From positions 8,827 through 72,826 of the forward strand of contig CAZBOB010000001.1 in assembly GCA_964492995.1 (NCBI GenBank): DNA of 64,000 nt, read 5' to 3'. Position 1 is the first letter of the stretch. Every line of letters starts with the position of its first letter. The position numbers and the translations under genes were made by a program. Shown here in pieces: positions 1 to 8,416 of the stretch. The notes under the pieces are model-generated. The model did not search any database and was not told where the DNA came from. It worked only from the letters and a program-made list of their open reading frames with translations. Origin of the DNA: an uncultured Desulfobacteraceae bacterium. GTDB taxonomy: Bacteria > Desulfobacterota > Desulfobacteria > Desulfobacterales > UBA11574.

Positions 1-644
1 GCGGTATTATTCTCACCAATGTGATGTGCAAAGCCATGAATCGATCCCTCTACAATGTCCTTTTTGGCGGTTTTGGTTCGGTGACCCGGAAATCCGAGGC
101 CGGTTTTCAAGGGGAAGTTAAACCCATATCACCGGAAGACACCTACTATATTCTTGAGGCTGCCTGTTCCGCCGTTTTTGTTCCCGGATATGGAATGGCC
201 GTTGCCAAGGCACAGCATGCAGTTCGTGAACTTGCAGATTTGCTTGAGGAAAACGGGGCTGAAGTCCGCTATGCGATCCATCCCGTTGCAGGCCGAATGC
301 CGGGACACATGAATGTGCTCCTTGCCGAAGCCGATGTTCCCTATGATAAGCTCATCGAGATGGAGGAAATCAATCGTTCCATTGCCGGCATCGATGTTTG
401 TTTCGTGGTCGGTGCAAACGATATCGTCAATCCTGCCGCACGGGAGGATACGAATAGCTCCATTTTCGGCATGCCCATTATTGAAGTGGACCGGTCAAAA
501 ACGGTAATCGTCCTGAAACGCTCCATGGCCCCCGGTTTTGCCGGTATAGATAACAGCCTTTTCTACAAGGAAAACACCCGTATGCTTTTCGGCGACGCTA
601 AATCCAGTATCGAGGCGGTCATTTCCCAGTTCAAGGAGGTATGA
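1..644 (+). CDS. pntB: NAD(P) transhydrogenase beta subunit, C-terminal (dIII) part; 5' end outside window
   Basis: Frame is open to the window edge. MCKAMNRS...[12 protein letters not shown]...[22 protein letters not shown]...[10 protein letters not shown]...[14 protein letters not shown] is colinear with the NADP(H)-binding domain of E. coli PntB (recalled, not searched). Confidence 0.9.
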   Translation, partial: GIILTNVMCKAMNRSLYNVLFGGFGSVTRKSEAGFQGEVKPISPEDTYYILEAACSAVFVPGYGMAVAKAQHAVRELADLLEENGAEVRYAIHPVAGRMPGHMNVLLAEADVPYDKLIEMEEINRSIAGIDVCFVVGANDIVNPAAREDTNSSIFGMPIIEVDRSKTVIVLKRSMAPGFAGIDNSLFYKENTRMLFGDAKSSIEAVISQFKEV

Positions 645-656
645 TGAGACCTTTGA

Positions 657-818
657 AACAGGAAAATAAATACGAAAACTGGTCCCTTTTCCGATTTCGC
701 TGTCAACTGAAATCCCGCCCCCATGGCTTTTGACAATACCGTGTACTACGGATAAGCCCAAACCCGTAACTTTTCCAACTTCTTTTATCGTAAAATAAGG
801 GTCAAAAATTCGCCGTTT
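657..818 (-). pseudogene. Remnant of a sensor histidine kinase (last ~54 codons of the HATPase_c domain only)
   Basis: The minus frame reads [54 protein letters not shown], which is the G-box end of a histidine-kinase ATPase domain. An in-frame TAA lies at 819-821 directly upstream. No HisKA or N-box sequence precedes it. Confidence 0.7.
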
Positions 819-905
819 TTAACAACTCCCAATTTAGTTGAGAAGTTTTTAAAAACGTAATAAAGTAACTGTATATGAACTTATTTTTTTCAAGGAGGGT
901 TTGCG

Positions 906-1922
906 ATGAAAGCTTTTACATATGACGACATTCTCATGGTGCCGTCATACAACCACTGGGAATCACGAAAAGTAGTTGACATTTCAATGAGATGCAAAAA
1001 GGGTAAACTATCTCTTGAGCTACCAATAATGACCGCCAACATGGACACTATTACCGAGACGGATATGGCCAATTATATTGGAGCAAAGGGCGGCATAGGA
1101 GTTTTACATCGTTATATGTCTGTAGAAAATAATGTTCGCATGTTTAAAGATTGCAGGTGTCCGGTGTTTGTGTCTGTTGGCTGCGGGGCCGAAGACCTAA
1201 AACGGGCCGAAGCGTTGAGAGACGCCGGCGCGGGTCTATTTTGTATTGATGTGGCACATGCCCATGCTAAATATGTGGGACGGACCCTCAAAAATATTCG
1301 CATGATACTTGGTGATGAAGCCTGCATCATGGCCGGAAATGTGGCGACTTACGCCGGTGCCGATCACCTTGCTTCCTGCGGTGCGGATATCGTTAAAGTA
1401 GGTATCGGCGGGGGCTCCGTCTGCACCACAAGAATCAAGACCGGTTTCGGTGTGCCCAATCTTACGGCTATAAAAAACTGCTCACGGGTGGATCGCTCGA
1501 TAGTGGCTGATGGTGGAATCCGGTATCCTGGAGATATTGTCAAAGCGCTGGCTTTCGGAGCAGATTTCGTCATGTTGGGGGGCATGCTGGCCGGAACCAG
1601 GCCGACCCCCGGTTCCGTGATTAGTAAAAAGAACAAAAATGGAAAAGAAGTAAAGGTGAAAACATATCGAGGAATGGCCAGCAGCGAAGTCCAAAAGGAC
1701 TACCATGGGGGAATTTCGGAATGGAAAACCTCGGAAGGCGTATCTACTCAAGTCCCCTATCGGGAAGACGAAGATAAGATTATTAACGACATCATCGGCG
1801 GATTGCGCTCAGGGCTAACTTACGGCGGCGCTGCTACTATTTCTGAATTGCAGAGGAAATTGGATTACATCGAGATTACAACATCGGGTCGAACGGAAGG
1901 TTTTCCGCAAAGGCTTTTTTAA
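906..1922 (+). CDS. guaC: GMP reductase / IMPDH-family oxidoreductase without CBS insert
   Basis: 338 aa with AGGAGG 7 nt upstream of the ATG. Motifs YDDILMVPS, ANMDT, and the catalytic-Cys loop GIGGGSVCTTR. The length and the lack of a CBS pair fit GMP reductase better than GuaB. Confidence 0.75.
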   Translation: MKAFTYDDILMVPSYNHWESRKVVDISMRCKKGKLSLELPIMTANMDTITETDMANYIGAKGGIGVLHRYMSVENNVRMFKDCRCPVFVSVGCGAEDLKRAEALRDAGAGLFCIDVAHAHAKYVGRTLKNIRMILGDEACIMAGNVATYAGADHLASCGADIVKVGIGGGSVCTTRIKTGFGVPNLTAIKNCSRVDRSIVADGGIRYPGDIVKALAFGADFVMLGGMLAGTRPTPGSVISKKNKNGKEVKVKTYRGMASSEVQKDYHGGISEWKTSEGVSTQVPYREDEDKIINDIIGGLRSGLTYGGAATISELQRKLDYIEITTSGRTEGFPQRLF

Positions 1923-1976
1923 CAAAATCCGGGCATCCATGGAAAGGGATCAGGTCTATTTTTGACCCTTATTATT

Positions 1977-2137
1977 ACCTAAATCGAGCGATTTTTTACT
2001 CGATCTGCACCGATCTCTTGCGCATCAAGTATCCGCGAAAATCCTCGACATATCCACGGGTATGCCTGCGATTTTCGCGAACCTTTATGCATCAAGATCT
2101 CAGCACATCTCTTCGCAAAAAATCGCTCAACTTAGGT
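1977..2137 (+). repeat. Long-hairpin repeat, arm family A, copy A1 (ends ACCTAAATCGAGCG...CGCTCAACTTAGGT)
   Basis: About 160-bp imperfect palindrome, near-identical to 4555-4715 and to the reverse complement of 8261-8400. Carries the apical core AATCCTCGACATA...GTATGCCTGCG. Confidence 0.9.
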
Positions 2138-2211
2138 ATTATTGTTTAGCCTGCTGTATGCTTTGATATTAAATAATTCACCAATGTTGTAAAGGTTTTC
2201 ACTCCGGATGT

Positions 2212-2347
2212 GCGGAAATAAACCATTTTAATTGTAAAAAAAATCCTTTCCTTCAACTTCCTTCAGGACAAGCTCACCCATCATTCCATTACTCCATTAT
2301 TTTTACCCCGTGAAACTTTTTTCTATTTCACCGGGGCCATTATTCCC
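2212..2347 (-). repeat. GGAAT-rich repeat, family B, partial copy B1
   Basis: GGAAATAAACCATTTTAATTGTAAAAAA..CCTTTCCTTCA...CAGGACAAGCTCACCCATCATTCCATTA matches the reverse complement of 5783-6049 and the plus strand of 31379-31602. Ends in a hairpin, CCCCGTGAAA...TTTCACCGGGG, that recurs at about 29722-29750. Confidence 0.85.
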
Positions 2348-2399
2348 TTTTGCAGGTTCAGCCTTTACAATTTCTGTGTAATCTGATATGCATATTATT

Positions 2400-2610
2400 A
2401 ACTAAGTTGAGCGATTGTCGAGGTTGCCGCGGATACAAGGAAGATCCCGTTCCGCTATAGTCAACTATGCGGGACGGTATCTGACGAAGTAGATGCGGTA
2501 AGATCGGCAATCCCACAGGGTTTCAAATTTTAAAAATATAAATCAATTTAATTCATTAAAAATAAAAGATATTTGATCCCCTTTTAAAATTTGAAACGCT
2601 CATCTTAGGT
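2400..2610. repeat. Rearranged/degenerate relative of family A repeat
   Basis: Has the same end motifs (AACTAAGTTGAGCG ... CGCTCATCTTAGGT). Its left interior is the reverse complement of the family A segment ATCCGCG..CCTCGACA. It also contains unrelated internal hairpins (CCGTTCCGCTATAG/CTATGCGGGACGG; GTTTCAAATTTTAAAA/TTTTAAAATTTGAAAC). Confidence 0.6.
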
Positions 2611-2715
2611 ATTACTTTTTTCAACTATAGAAGTTGTCAAAACTACGCTCTGTTTCGTTTCTGAGGTAAAGCTGGCGCTCAATTAATGGTTAGACAAGAA
2701 AACCAATACTAACAG

Positions 2716-3339
2716 ATGTTTTATCGCATAGGGAATTTAGTAATCCGCTCCCCCTTCAGCATCAGAAAACCCAAAATGGGAGAAGGCTGCTTGGTTTTGA
2801 AATCCCGTTCCTTTCCCCCCGCTCACCCCTCAACAAAAGCAGCGCTTACCATTCTACATCGATTAGAGATCAAAAGAGAACCCCGAATCCTGGATATAGG
2901 CTGCGGCTCGGGAATCCTCGGGCTTGCAGCAGCTTTGAAAAACGGCACCACCGCACTGGGATGCGACATTTGTGCTGGTGCAATAAAGGCTTCTATGCAA
3001 AATGTGGCCTTGAACCGGATGGAAGACAGGTTCCACCTTTTTCGCGGATCGGTGGATGCGGTTTCGGGAAGCTTCAACTTAATCCTTGCCAACCTCCATG
3101 CAGTCACTCATATGGAAATGTTTGACCACTACCGTCGTCTTTTACCCCTAAAAGGAGATTTGCTAGTGGTCTCCGGTTTCTACGACGTTCAGGCGACGGA
3201 TATAGAGAAGAAACTCTCCCAAAGGGGTTTTACCGTTCTGGAGAGGGTAGAGGTGCATGCTTGGGCCGCAGCTCTTACAAGAGAATGTTCTTACACCTGG
3301 GTGGGATTTGGGCTTAAAAGAGTTGCAAGTGACCCATAA
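2716..3339 (+). CDS. Class I SAM-dependent methyltransferase (PrmA-like)
   Basis: SAM motif I ILDIGCGSGILGLAAA, followed by GCDI and ILANL motifs as in L11-methyltransferase-type enzymes. The start is uncertain (an alternative Met lies at 2776). Confidence 0.7.
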   Translation: MFYRIGNLVIRSPFSIRKPKMGEGCLVLKSRSFPPAHPSTKAALTILHRLEIKREPRILDIGCGSGILGLAAALKNGTTALGCDICAGAIKASMQNVALNRMEDRFHLFRGSVDAVSGSFNLILANLHAVTHMEMFDHYRRLLPLKGDLLVVSGFYDVQATDIEKKLSQRGFTVLERVEVHAWAAALTRECSYTWVGFGLKRVASDP

Positions 3340-3480
3340 TGGAGAATTGTTCTTTGTAAGCAAGTTCCAATTTTTTTATGATAGCATCCGTCACAAAATC
3401 TTGGATAGTCATTTCTTTTACAGCACAGGGTATTAACTCTTTTGATTAAAAGTTAAGGCGGACATCTAACCACTTATTTT

Positions 3481-3807
3481 TTATTCAAGAGTTAGTCCGT
3501 TTCTCCGCTCCTTGCCGGATCTATTATCAGGAATATGAATGTCATATAAGAATTGACGACGATCCATACCCGAACGCCTGTCTTGCCTATCTTTGATTGA
3601 CAGCTCAATATCTTCACCAAACACCTTGTTTTTTTCTGAATTTTTCAAACCTAAAGCCGAAATAATCTTTCGTTTGGTTTCCACTCTGCATGCCCTGCCC
3701 TGTTCTATTCGTTTAAGAATATTTGGTGATATATTGGCCTTTCTAGCAATCTCGGCTTTGCTTATCATGAGAGATTCTCTAATTTCTCTTGGGAAACTTT
3801 TGCTCAT
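3481..3807 (-). CDS. XRE-family helix-turn-helix transcriptional regulator with Arg-rich C-terminal repeats
   Basis: ISKAEIARKANISPNILKRIEQG is a typical HTH_3 motif. The C-terminus carries repeated RRSGMDRR / RSGKERR motifs. Confidence 0.7.
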   Translation of the reverse strand: MSKSFPREIRESLMISKAEIARKANISPNILKRIEQGRACRVETKRKIISALGLKNSEKNKVFGEDIELSIKDRQDRRSGMDRRQFLYDIHIPDNRSGKERRNGLTLE

Positions 3808-3949
3808 TTTGAATATTCTCCAGCCATTTTAAAATAATTTCTTTGGTCTGTTTCTGCGTTATCTTTATTTTCTTTCTACGCTTTGCATAAAAATTAATCC
3901 ATGCGCATAAAACAAAAATTAATGCCGATATTAATATAAGATTTATCAT
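3779..3949 (-). CDS. Possible 56-aa single-pass membrane peptide (below the ORF-track cutoff)
   Basis: Read by eye: ATG at 3949 with AGGAG about 10 nt upstream. Translation MINLILISALIFVLCAWINFYAKRRKKIK... Overlaps the start of the HTH gene by 29 nt. No homology support. Confidence 0.3.
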   Translation of the reverse strand: MINLILISALIFVLCAWINFYAKRRKKIKITQKQTKEIILKWLENIQNEQKFPKRN

Positions 3950-4015
3950 TTTTTATTTGCTCCTTTATTATTGATCTCTTTTCATTTCTCGCTAAAAAGC
4001 CTTGCTACCTTTTGA

Positions 4016-4231
4016 TTATTTTTCATTCTTTGCAAAAATATCTTGGACTTCTTCTACAATCAAAGGTTTGTAAAATTCATCTCCGACAAATTCGGCCTTT
4101 CGGTTCCCGTTGTTAAAGTCGATATCCATTGAACAGTCAAATTTACGTGATGCGGCTTTTACTATCCTAGCCAAAACTTCTATGTTGGTATCTTCAAACT
4201 TAATAGGTATCATATTAGGCATCCTTTCCAT
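4016..4231 (-). CDS. Hypothetical 71-aa protein
   Basis: ORF only. Co-directional with the peptide and HTH genes downstream, in an AT-rich stretch. I do not recognise a family. Confidence 0.4.
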   Translation of the reverse strand: MERMPNMIPIKFEDTNIEVLARIVKAASRKFDCSMDIDFNNGNRKAEFVGDEFYKPLIVEEVQDIFAKNEK

Positions 4232-4554
4232 CCTTTTTAAAAAAATGATAAAAATTTTCTTTTACATATTATCAGGCATGGTATTGATAAGTTTTTATCA
4301 ATTATCTGCAAAAGTCAGGCCAAAATAGTTTTATATAGATTTATTAATATTAAATTAAATAGTTATCTCAAATATAAGAAGATCACATCTAATGATTTAA
4401 AAAATATTTATCTTAATTTTATGAAAATATTTACACAGTTTTGCTGTAATAATAGTGACATATAAACCAGAAATATATCGCAGGATTTTGCAGGAGGGAT
4501 TGACGGGGCATATGAAAGCCCCCAACTCGTGCAAGATTCCGGTAGGTTAATTAA

Positions 4555-4715
4555 ACCTAAATTGAGCGATTTTTTACTAGATCTGCACCGATCTCTTGCG
4601 CATCAAGGATCCGCGAAAATCCTCGACATATCCACGGGTATGCCTGCGGTTTTCGCGAACCCTTATGCATCAAGATCTCAGCACATCTCTTCGCAAAAAA
4701 TCGCTCAACTTAGGT
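4555..4715 (+). repeat. Long-hairpin repeat, arm family A, copy A2
   Basis: Near-identical to 1977-2137. The 20-bp terminal inverted ends are CCTAAATTGAGCGATTTTTT / AAAAAATCGCTCAACTTAGG. Confidence 0.9.
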
Positions 4716-4819
4716 TAAAATAACTTGAGCTTTTTTGTTTTAAATGTCATTCTCTTTTATCGATATTTTTGCAACCACCATACAAACGCAATCCAAACAA
4801 ACGGAAGCGGAGGTTTAAT

Positions 4820-5692
4820 ATGAAGTTCGGAGTCAATTCGCTAATACCAATCCTGCTGATATGCCTCGGTATCCTGGCACCGGTTCATGCAGAAGTGGAA
4901 TACAATGTTCTGAAAACATATAAGCTTGAAGATCAGCCGGTTGATATGGCTTTTTCGGCCAATCGCAACGAAATTTATGTGCTCAGCCCAACAGGGGAAT
5001 TGTTGATTTATGCTGCCAACGGTCGTTTGACCGAAAAAATCAACGTGGGCAAAGTCTATGATAGGTTGCAGCTGATCCAAGGTTCGGATGTTCTTTTCTT
5101 GAGCAGTCGTAAGGACAAAACCATTCAGGTCATCCAACTGGAATTTGTTCAGAAGATCGATACTTCCGGTTCCCCCTATAAGGGTTCCGAGAATGCACCG
5201 GTGGTTATTGCGGTTTTCAGTGAATTCCAGTGACCGTATTGTTCGAGACTCACGTCTCTCCTCGATCAGGTGATCGAAAATTACCCTAAACAAGTAAAGA
5301 TCGTTTATAAAAACTTTCCGATCCGATCCCACAAGTATTCCGAACCTTCGGCCAAAGCCGCCCTGGCAGCAGAAAGGCAGGGCAAGTTCTGGCCCTTTCA
5401 CGATCTGTTATACTCACACTACAAGGACCTCAGCGATGAGAAGATACGCGAAATTGCCGGCCAGTTGAAACTTGACATGGTTCAGTTTGAAAAAGACAGG
5501 AAAGACCCGGACATTGCCGGCAAGGTGCGTGCCGACATACGGGATGGAAGCAAAGCCGGGATCAGGGGTGTTCCGTCTGTTTTTATCAACGGCCGGCGTC
5601 TTCGAAAGCGCAGCCTGCAAGGTTTTTCAGAAATGATTGACAAGGAGTTGCAGAAGGCCGGATATTCATCGTCCCAAAAAAAAGGTAAATGA
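4820..5692 (+). CDS. Exported DsbA-like thiol:disulfide oxidoreductase, selenocysteine-containing (in-frame TGA at 5231-5233)
   Basis: The two track ORFs (4769-5233 and 5270-5692) share one frame and are separated by a single TGA with no other stop. Reading through gives NAPVVIAVFSEFQ-U-PYCSR, the thioredoxin-fold CPYC redox motif with Sec in place of the first Cys. The cis-Pro loop GVPSVFINGRRL lies downstream. Signal peptide MKFGVNSLIPILLICLGILAPVHA, with GGAGG 6 nt before the ATG at 4820. Confidence 0.8.
5243..5277 (+). promoter_or_regulatory. Candidate bacterial SECIS region downstream of the UGA
   Basis: Two small hairpins: GAGAC-UCAC-GUCUC (5245-5258, starting 11 nt after the UGA) and UCGAUC-AGGU-GAUCGA (5262-5277, with an apical G-U-containing loop about 35 nt after the UGA). 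The structure was not computed. Confidence 0.4.
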
Positions 5693-5782
5693 AAAATTCA
5701 TAACCCCGGTAGGCCACGTGCTCGCTGGTGGAAGCCCAGGCAAAATCAATTCTTTTCATCTCACCAAATTTCCTGGAAAGAA

Positions 5783-6049
5783 GGAACTTAGGGGCTTCGC
5801 CCCGCCTGCCATTGCAAGGCACGAGCGGGCAGGCCCAATTGGAATAATGGAATGATGGAGTAATGGAATAATGGGTGAGCTTGCCCTGAACGAAGTTGAA
5901 GGGAAGGAGTTTTTTACAATTAAAATGGTTTATTTCTGTCCTTATCCCCAATATTCCAGCATTCCATTATTCCATTCTGATGACATAAATAGGTTTCCAT
6001 TAAAAATCATTTATTATCATAGAGTTGTAGAATTTCCGAGACGTTTAAT
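5783..6049 (+). repeat. GGAAT-rich repeat, family B, full copy B2
   Basis: Colinear with the reverse complement of 31379-31602, from GGAACTTAGGGGCTTCGCCCC to TTGTAGAATTTCCGAGACGTTTAAT. Carries an extra hairpin insert of about 31 nt (GCCTGCC...GGCAGGC) absent from the other copy. Confidence 0.9.
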
Positions 6050-7442
6050 TAGGTAATGCGACTAAAAATGCACTGCCCTTGTTTTTAGTGCTTTCAACGC
6101 TAATAGAGCCGCCGAAGGCATTAGCAATCGCCTTAGCCAGACTGAGCCCAAGGCCTATCCCGGCCTGGGATCGGCTTCTGTCACAACGATAGAATCTTTC
6201 AAATATTTTGGGCAAATCCTTTTTTGAAATTCCTATGCCCGTATCCTCAAACATAATGTTGACTTGTCCATCATCCAAACTTGCCGAAATACTAACGGAC
6301 CCTCCGGGTTCAGTGTATTTTATGGAATTTCCCAAAAGATTAGTCACAAGCCGTTGCAGCTTGTTTCTATCTCCTTGAAAATGAAGTTTATCAGGAAGAA
6401 CCGTTTCTATGTTGATGCCTTTTTCATCTGCTGTTGGACGAAATAGTTCACAAGCGTCTATAATTAATTTGCTGAGGTCAACTTTCTCAATTTTAAACTC
6501 TCCCACACCCGCCTCGGTTTCTGTAATATCCAGCATCGTGTTGATCATTTCGATCAGGCTGTCACACTCCTCTATAGTACTGGCAGCCATACTTTCATAG
6601 TCTTTGATGGAAACTTTTTTTAAAAGAGTCATTTCTGCAATGCCGCGAATTCTGGTTAAGGGACTTCTAAGGTCATGGGCAATATTGTCATTTATTTCTC
6701 TCATACCCTTTATCAAGGCCTGAATACGATCTAACATGCCATTGAACGTGTTTGCCAGCCTATCGATTTCAAAGAATCTTTTTTTCACCTGTACTCTTTT
6801 GTCATACGATCCCTTTGATATGCCGATGGCGGTAAGAGTTACTGCCTCCACGCTGAGCATAGCCTGTCTTGCCAAGAACCATCCAATTATAGCCGCAAAA
6901 ACGAACAGTGGAATCATCATCAAAAACAGCAAATTACGAAATACCTTTAAATATTCTTCATTATCCTCGAGAGATAGTCCGATTTGTAAAATTTCAGTGG
7001 GGCTGATGGGACCTTGGATAGTTCGCACCCGATACCCATAGTTTGGAATATCCAGTGTTCTCAACACGGGCCTATTTTGATCACGCAAAACCCGTAAGGT
7101 CTTTTCAGGAACTTCAAGGCTTCCCCAGGGCTGCGTACTCCATATCCCAAGATCCTGCCCATCGATCGATAAAAGGCGATAAAAGATTTCCTCATCTTCA
7201 GTTTCAACTTCAAAATCCATTTCGGCCTTAACATGATATATCCCCTCCTCAGACATTAATTTAATAAGCTCTTCCATCTCTTCTAAAAGTTCCTGGTCGG
7301 TACGTTCCATGGTAATAGAAGAAATACGATAATAAAAAACCGAAAGTGCCAATAGAGATGAAAGGGTAAATATCCCGGTATACCAAAGGGTTAACCGAAA
7401 CGAGAGTGTGCCTTTAAGATTAAGAAGTCTCTTTAATAACAT
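6045..7442 (-). CDS. Sensor histidine kinase (two TM segments, HAMP, HisKA, HATPase_c), CusS-like
   Basis: H-box NIAHDLRSPLT, N-box LLGNSIKYT, G-boxes FEDTGIGI and GIGLGLSLAKAI. N-terminal LSFRLTLWYTGIF resembles heavy-metal sensor kinases. Overlaps the regulator gene by 23 nt. Confidence 0.85.
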   Translation of the reverse strand: MLLKRLLNLKGTLSFRLTLWYTGIFTLSSLLALSVFYYRISSITMERTDQELLEEMEELIKLMSEEGIYHVKAEMDFEVETEDEEIFYRLLSIDGQDLGIWSTQPWGSLEVPEKTLRVLRDQNRPVLRTLDIPNYGYRVRTIQGPISPTEILQIGLSLEDNEEYLKVFRNLLFLMMIPLFVFAAIIGWFLARQAMLSVEAVTLTAIGISKGSYDKRVQVKKRFFEIDRLANTFNGMLDRIQALIKGMREINDNIAHDLRSPLTRIRGIAEMTLLKKVSIKDYESMAASTIEECDSLIEMINTMLDITETEAGVGEFKIEKVDLSKLIIDACELFRPTADEKGINIETVLPDKLHFQGDRNKLQRLVTNLLGNSIKYTEPGGSVSISASLDDGQVNIMFEDTGIGISKKDLPKIFERFYRCDRSRSQAGIGLGLSLAKAIANAFGGSISVESTKNKGSAFLVALPN

Positions 7443-8097
7443 ATCCGACTCCCCGAATTGTGTGAATCAGTTTTTTATCAAAATTTTTATCAATTTTTTC
7501 CCGTAAGCAACATATTCGAGCTTCAACCACGTTGGTCTGAGGATTAAAATTATAATCCCATACATGTTCCATAATCATGGTTTTTGAAACAACCGACCCG
7601 GCATTGCGCATCAGATATTCAAGCAATGAAAACTCAAGGGGCTGCAGTTCTATTTTCCCCCCGGCTCTAAGGACTTTACGGGTTTGGAAATCTAAGGTTA
7701 AATCTCCAACCGTAAGGCGCGAGGGGCTTGAAATGCCACTGGCTCTACGAATGAGTGCCCGGACCCTTGCAAGCAGTTCTGAAAAGGCAAAGGGCTTGAT
7801 CAGGTAATCATCCCCCCCGGTTTGAAGCCCTCTGACTCGATCATCCACCGTCCTTTTTGCGCTCAAAATAAGGACCGGTGTATTGATTTTATTTTTTCGC
7901 ATCTCCTCAATCAATGTCAACCCATCGAGCTTTGGCAGCATTAAATCAATTACGGCGATGTCATATGGTTCGGTTAATGCCATATGCAAGCCATCTTCGC
8001 CGTTGATCATATGGTCCACGGCAAAACCGGCCTCTTTTAAGCCAATTAAAATAAAATGAGCGATTTTTACATCGTCTTCGACTAACAATAAACGCAT
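7420..8097 (-). CDS. OmpR-family response regulator, CusR/CopR-like
   Basis: Receiver motifs (LLVEDD, DLMLPKLDG, KPFAFSELLARVRALIRR) followed by a winged-helix C-terminus (IHTIRGVGY). Confidence 0.9.
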   Translation of the reverse strand: MRLLLVEDDVKIAHFILIGLKEAGFAVDHMINGEDGLHMALTEPYDIAVIDLMLPKLDGLTLIEEMRKNKINTPVLILSAKRTVDDRVRGLQTGGDDYLIKPFAFSELLARVRALIRRASGISSPSRLTVGDLTLDFQTRKVLRAGGKIELQPLEFSLLEYLMRNAGSVVSKTMIMEHVWDYNFNPQTNVVEARICCLREKIDKNFDKKLIHTIRGVGYVIKETS

Positions 8098-8260
8098 GCA
8101 AAAATTTCCTTTTACTCGATCCTTCCAATAGATTTATATATCCTTGATTCCATGACCTGCATCGGTCATCAGTTGCCAGTTTTAGTTATGTATAATAAAC
8201 CGACTGCGACCGTCAAGAAAACGTCTGAAATTATAACAACCATAGACATCCGGATACAGA

Positions 8261-8400
8261 ATTAAGTTGCTGAGATCTTGCATAAGGGTTCGCGAAAACC
8301 GTCCCGAAAAGACATCGGGATGGATATGTCGAGGATTTTCGCGGACCCTTGATGCGCAAAAGATCCGTGCAAATCGAGTAAAAAATCGCTCAATTTAGGT
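8261..8400 (-). repeat. Long-hairpin repeat, arm family A, copy A3 (truncated/diverged)
   Basis: Reverse complement of family A. One arm lacks about 23 nt, and the apical loop is partly replaced (CCGTCCCGAAAAGACATCGGGATGG). Confidence 0.85.
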
Positions 8401-8416
8401 TAAAAAACGCTCAAAG

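Noticed and set aside
1958-1973. A 16-nt identity (ATTTTTGACCCTTATT) with the reverse complement of 797-812 in the histidine-kinase stub. It hints that repeat A1 split a kinase gene.
   Set aside because: The rough expectation for a 16-mer match in 64 kb on both strands is about one by chance, and higher for AT-rich words. The flanking translation (…KGIRSIFDPYYY) gives no further kinase motifs.
5871-6056. The 61-aa ORF here and the 71-aa ORF at 31352-31567 share the peptide MGEL.LN..EGKEFFTIKMVYF.PYP.
   Set aside because: Both lie entirely inside family B repeat copies. There is no consistent Shine-Dalgarno sequence, and the downstream parts diverge with the low-complexity GGAAT tracts. The similarity is explained by DNA repeat identity, so these are not called as genes.
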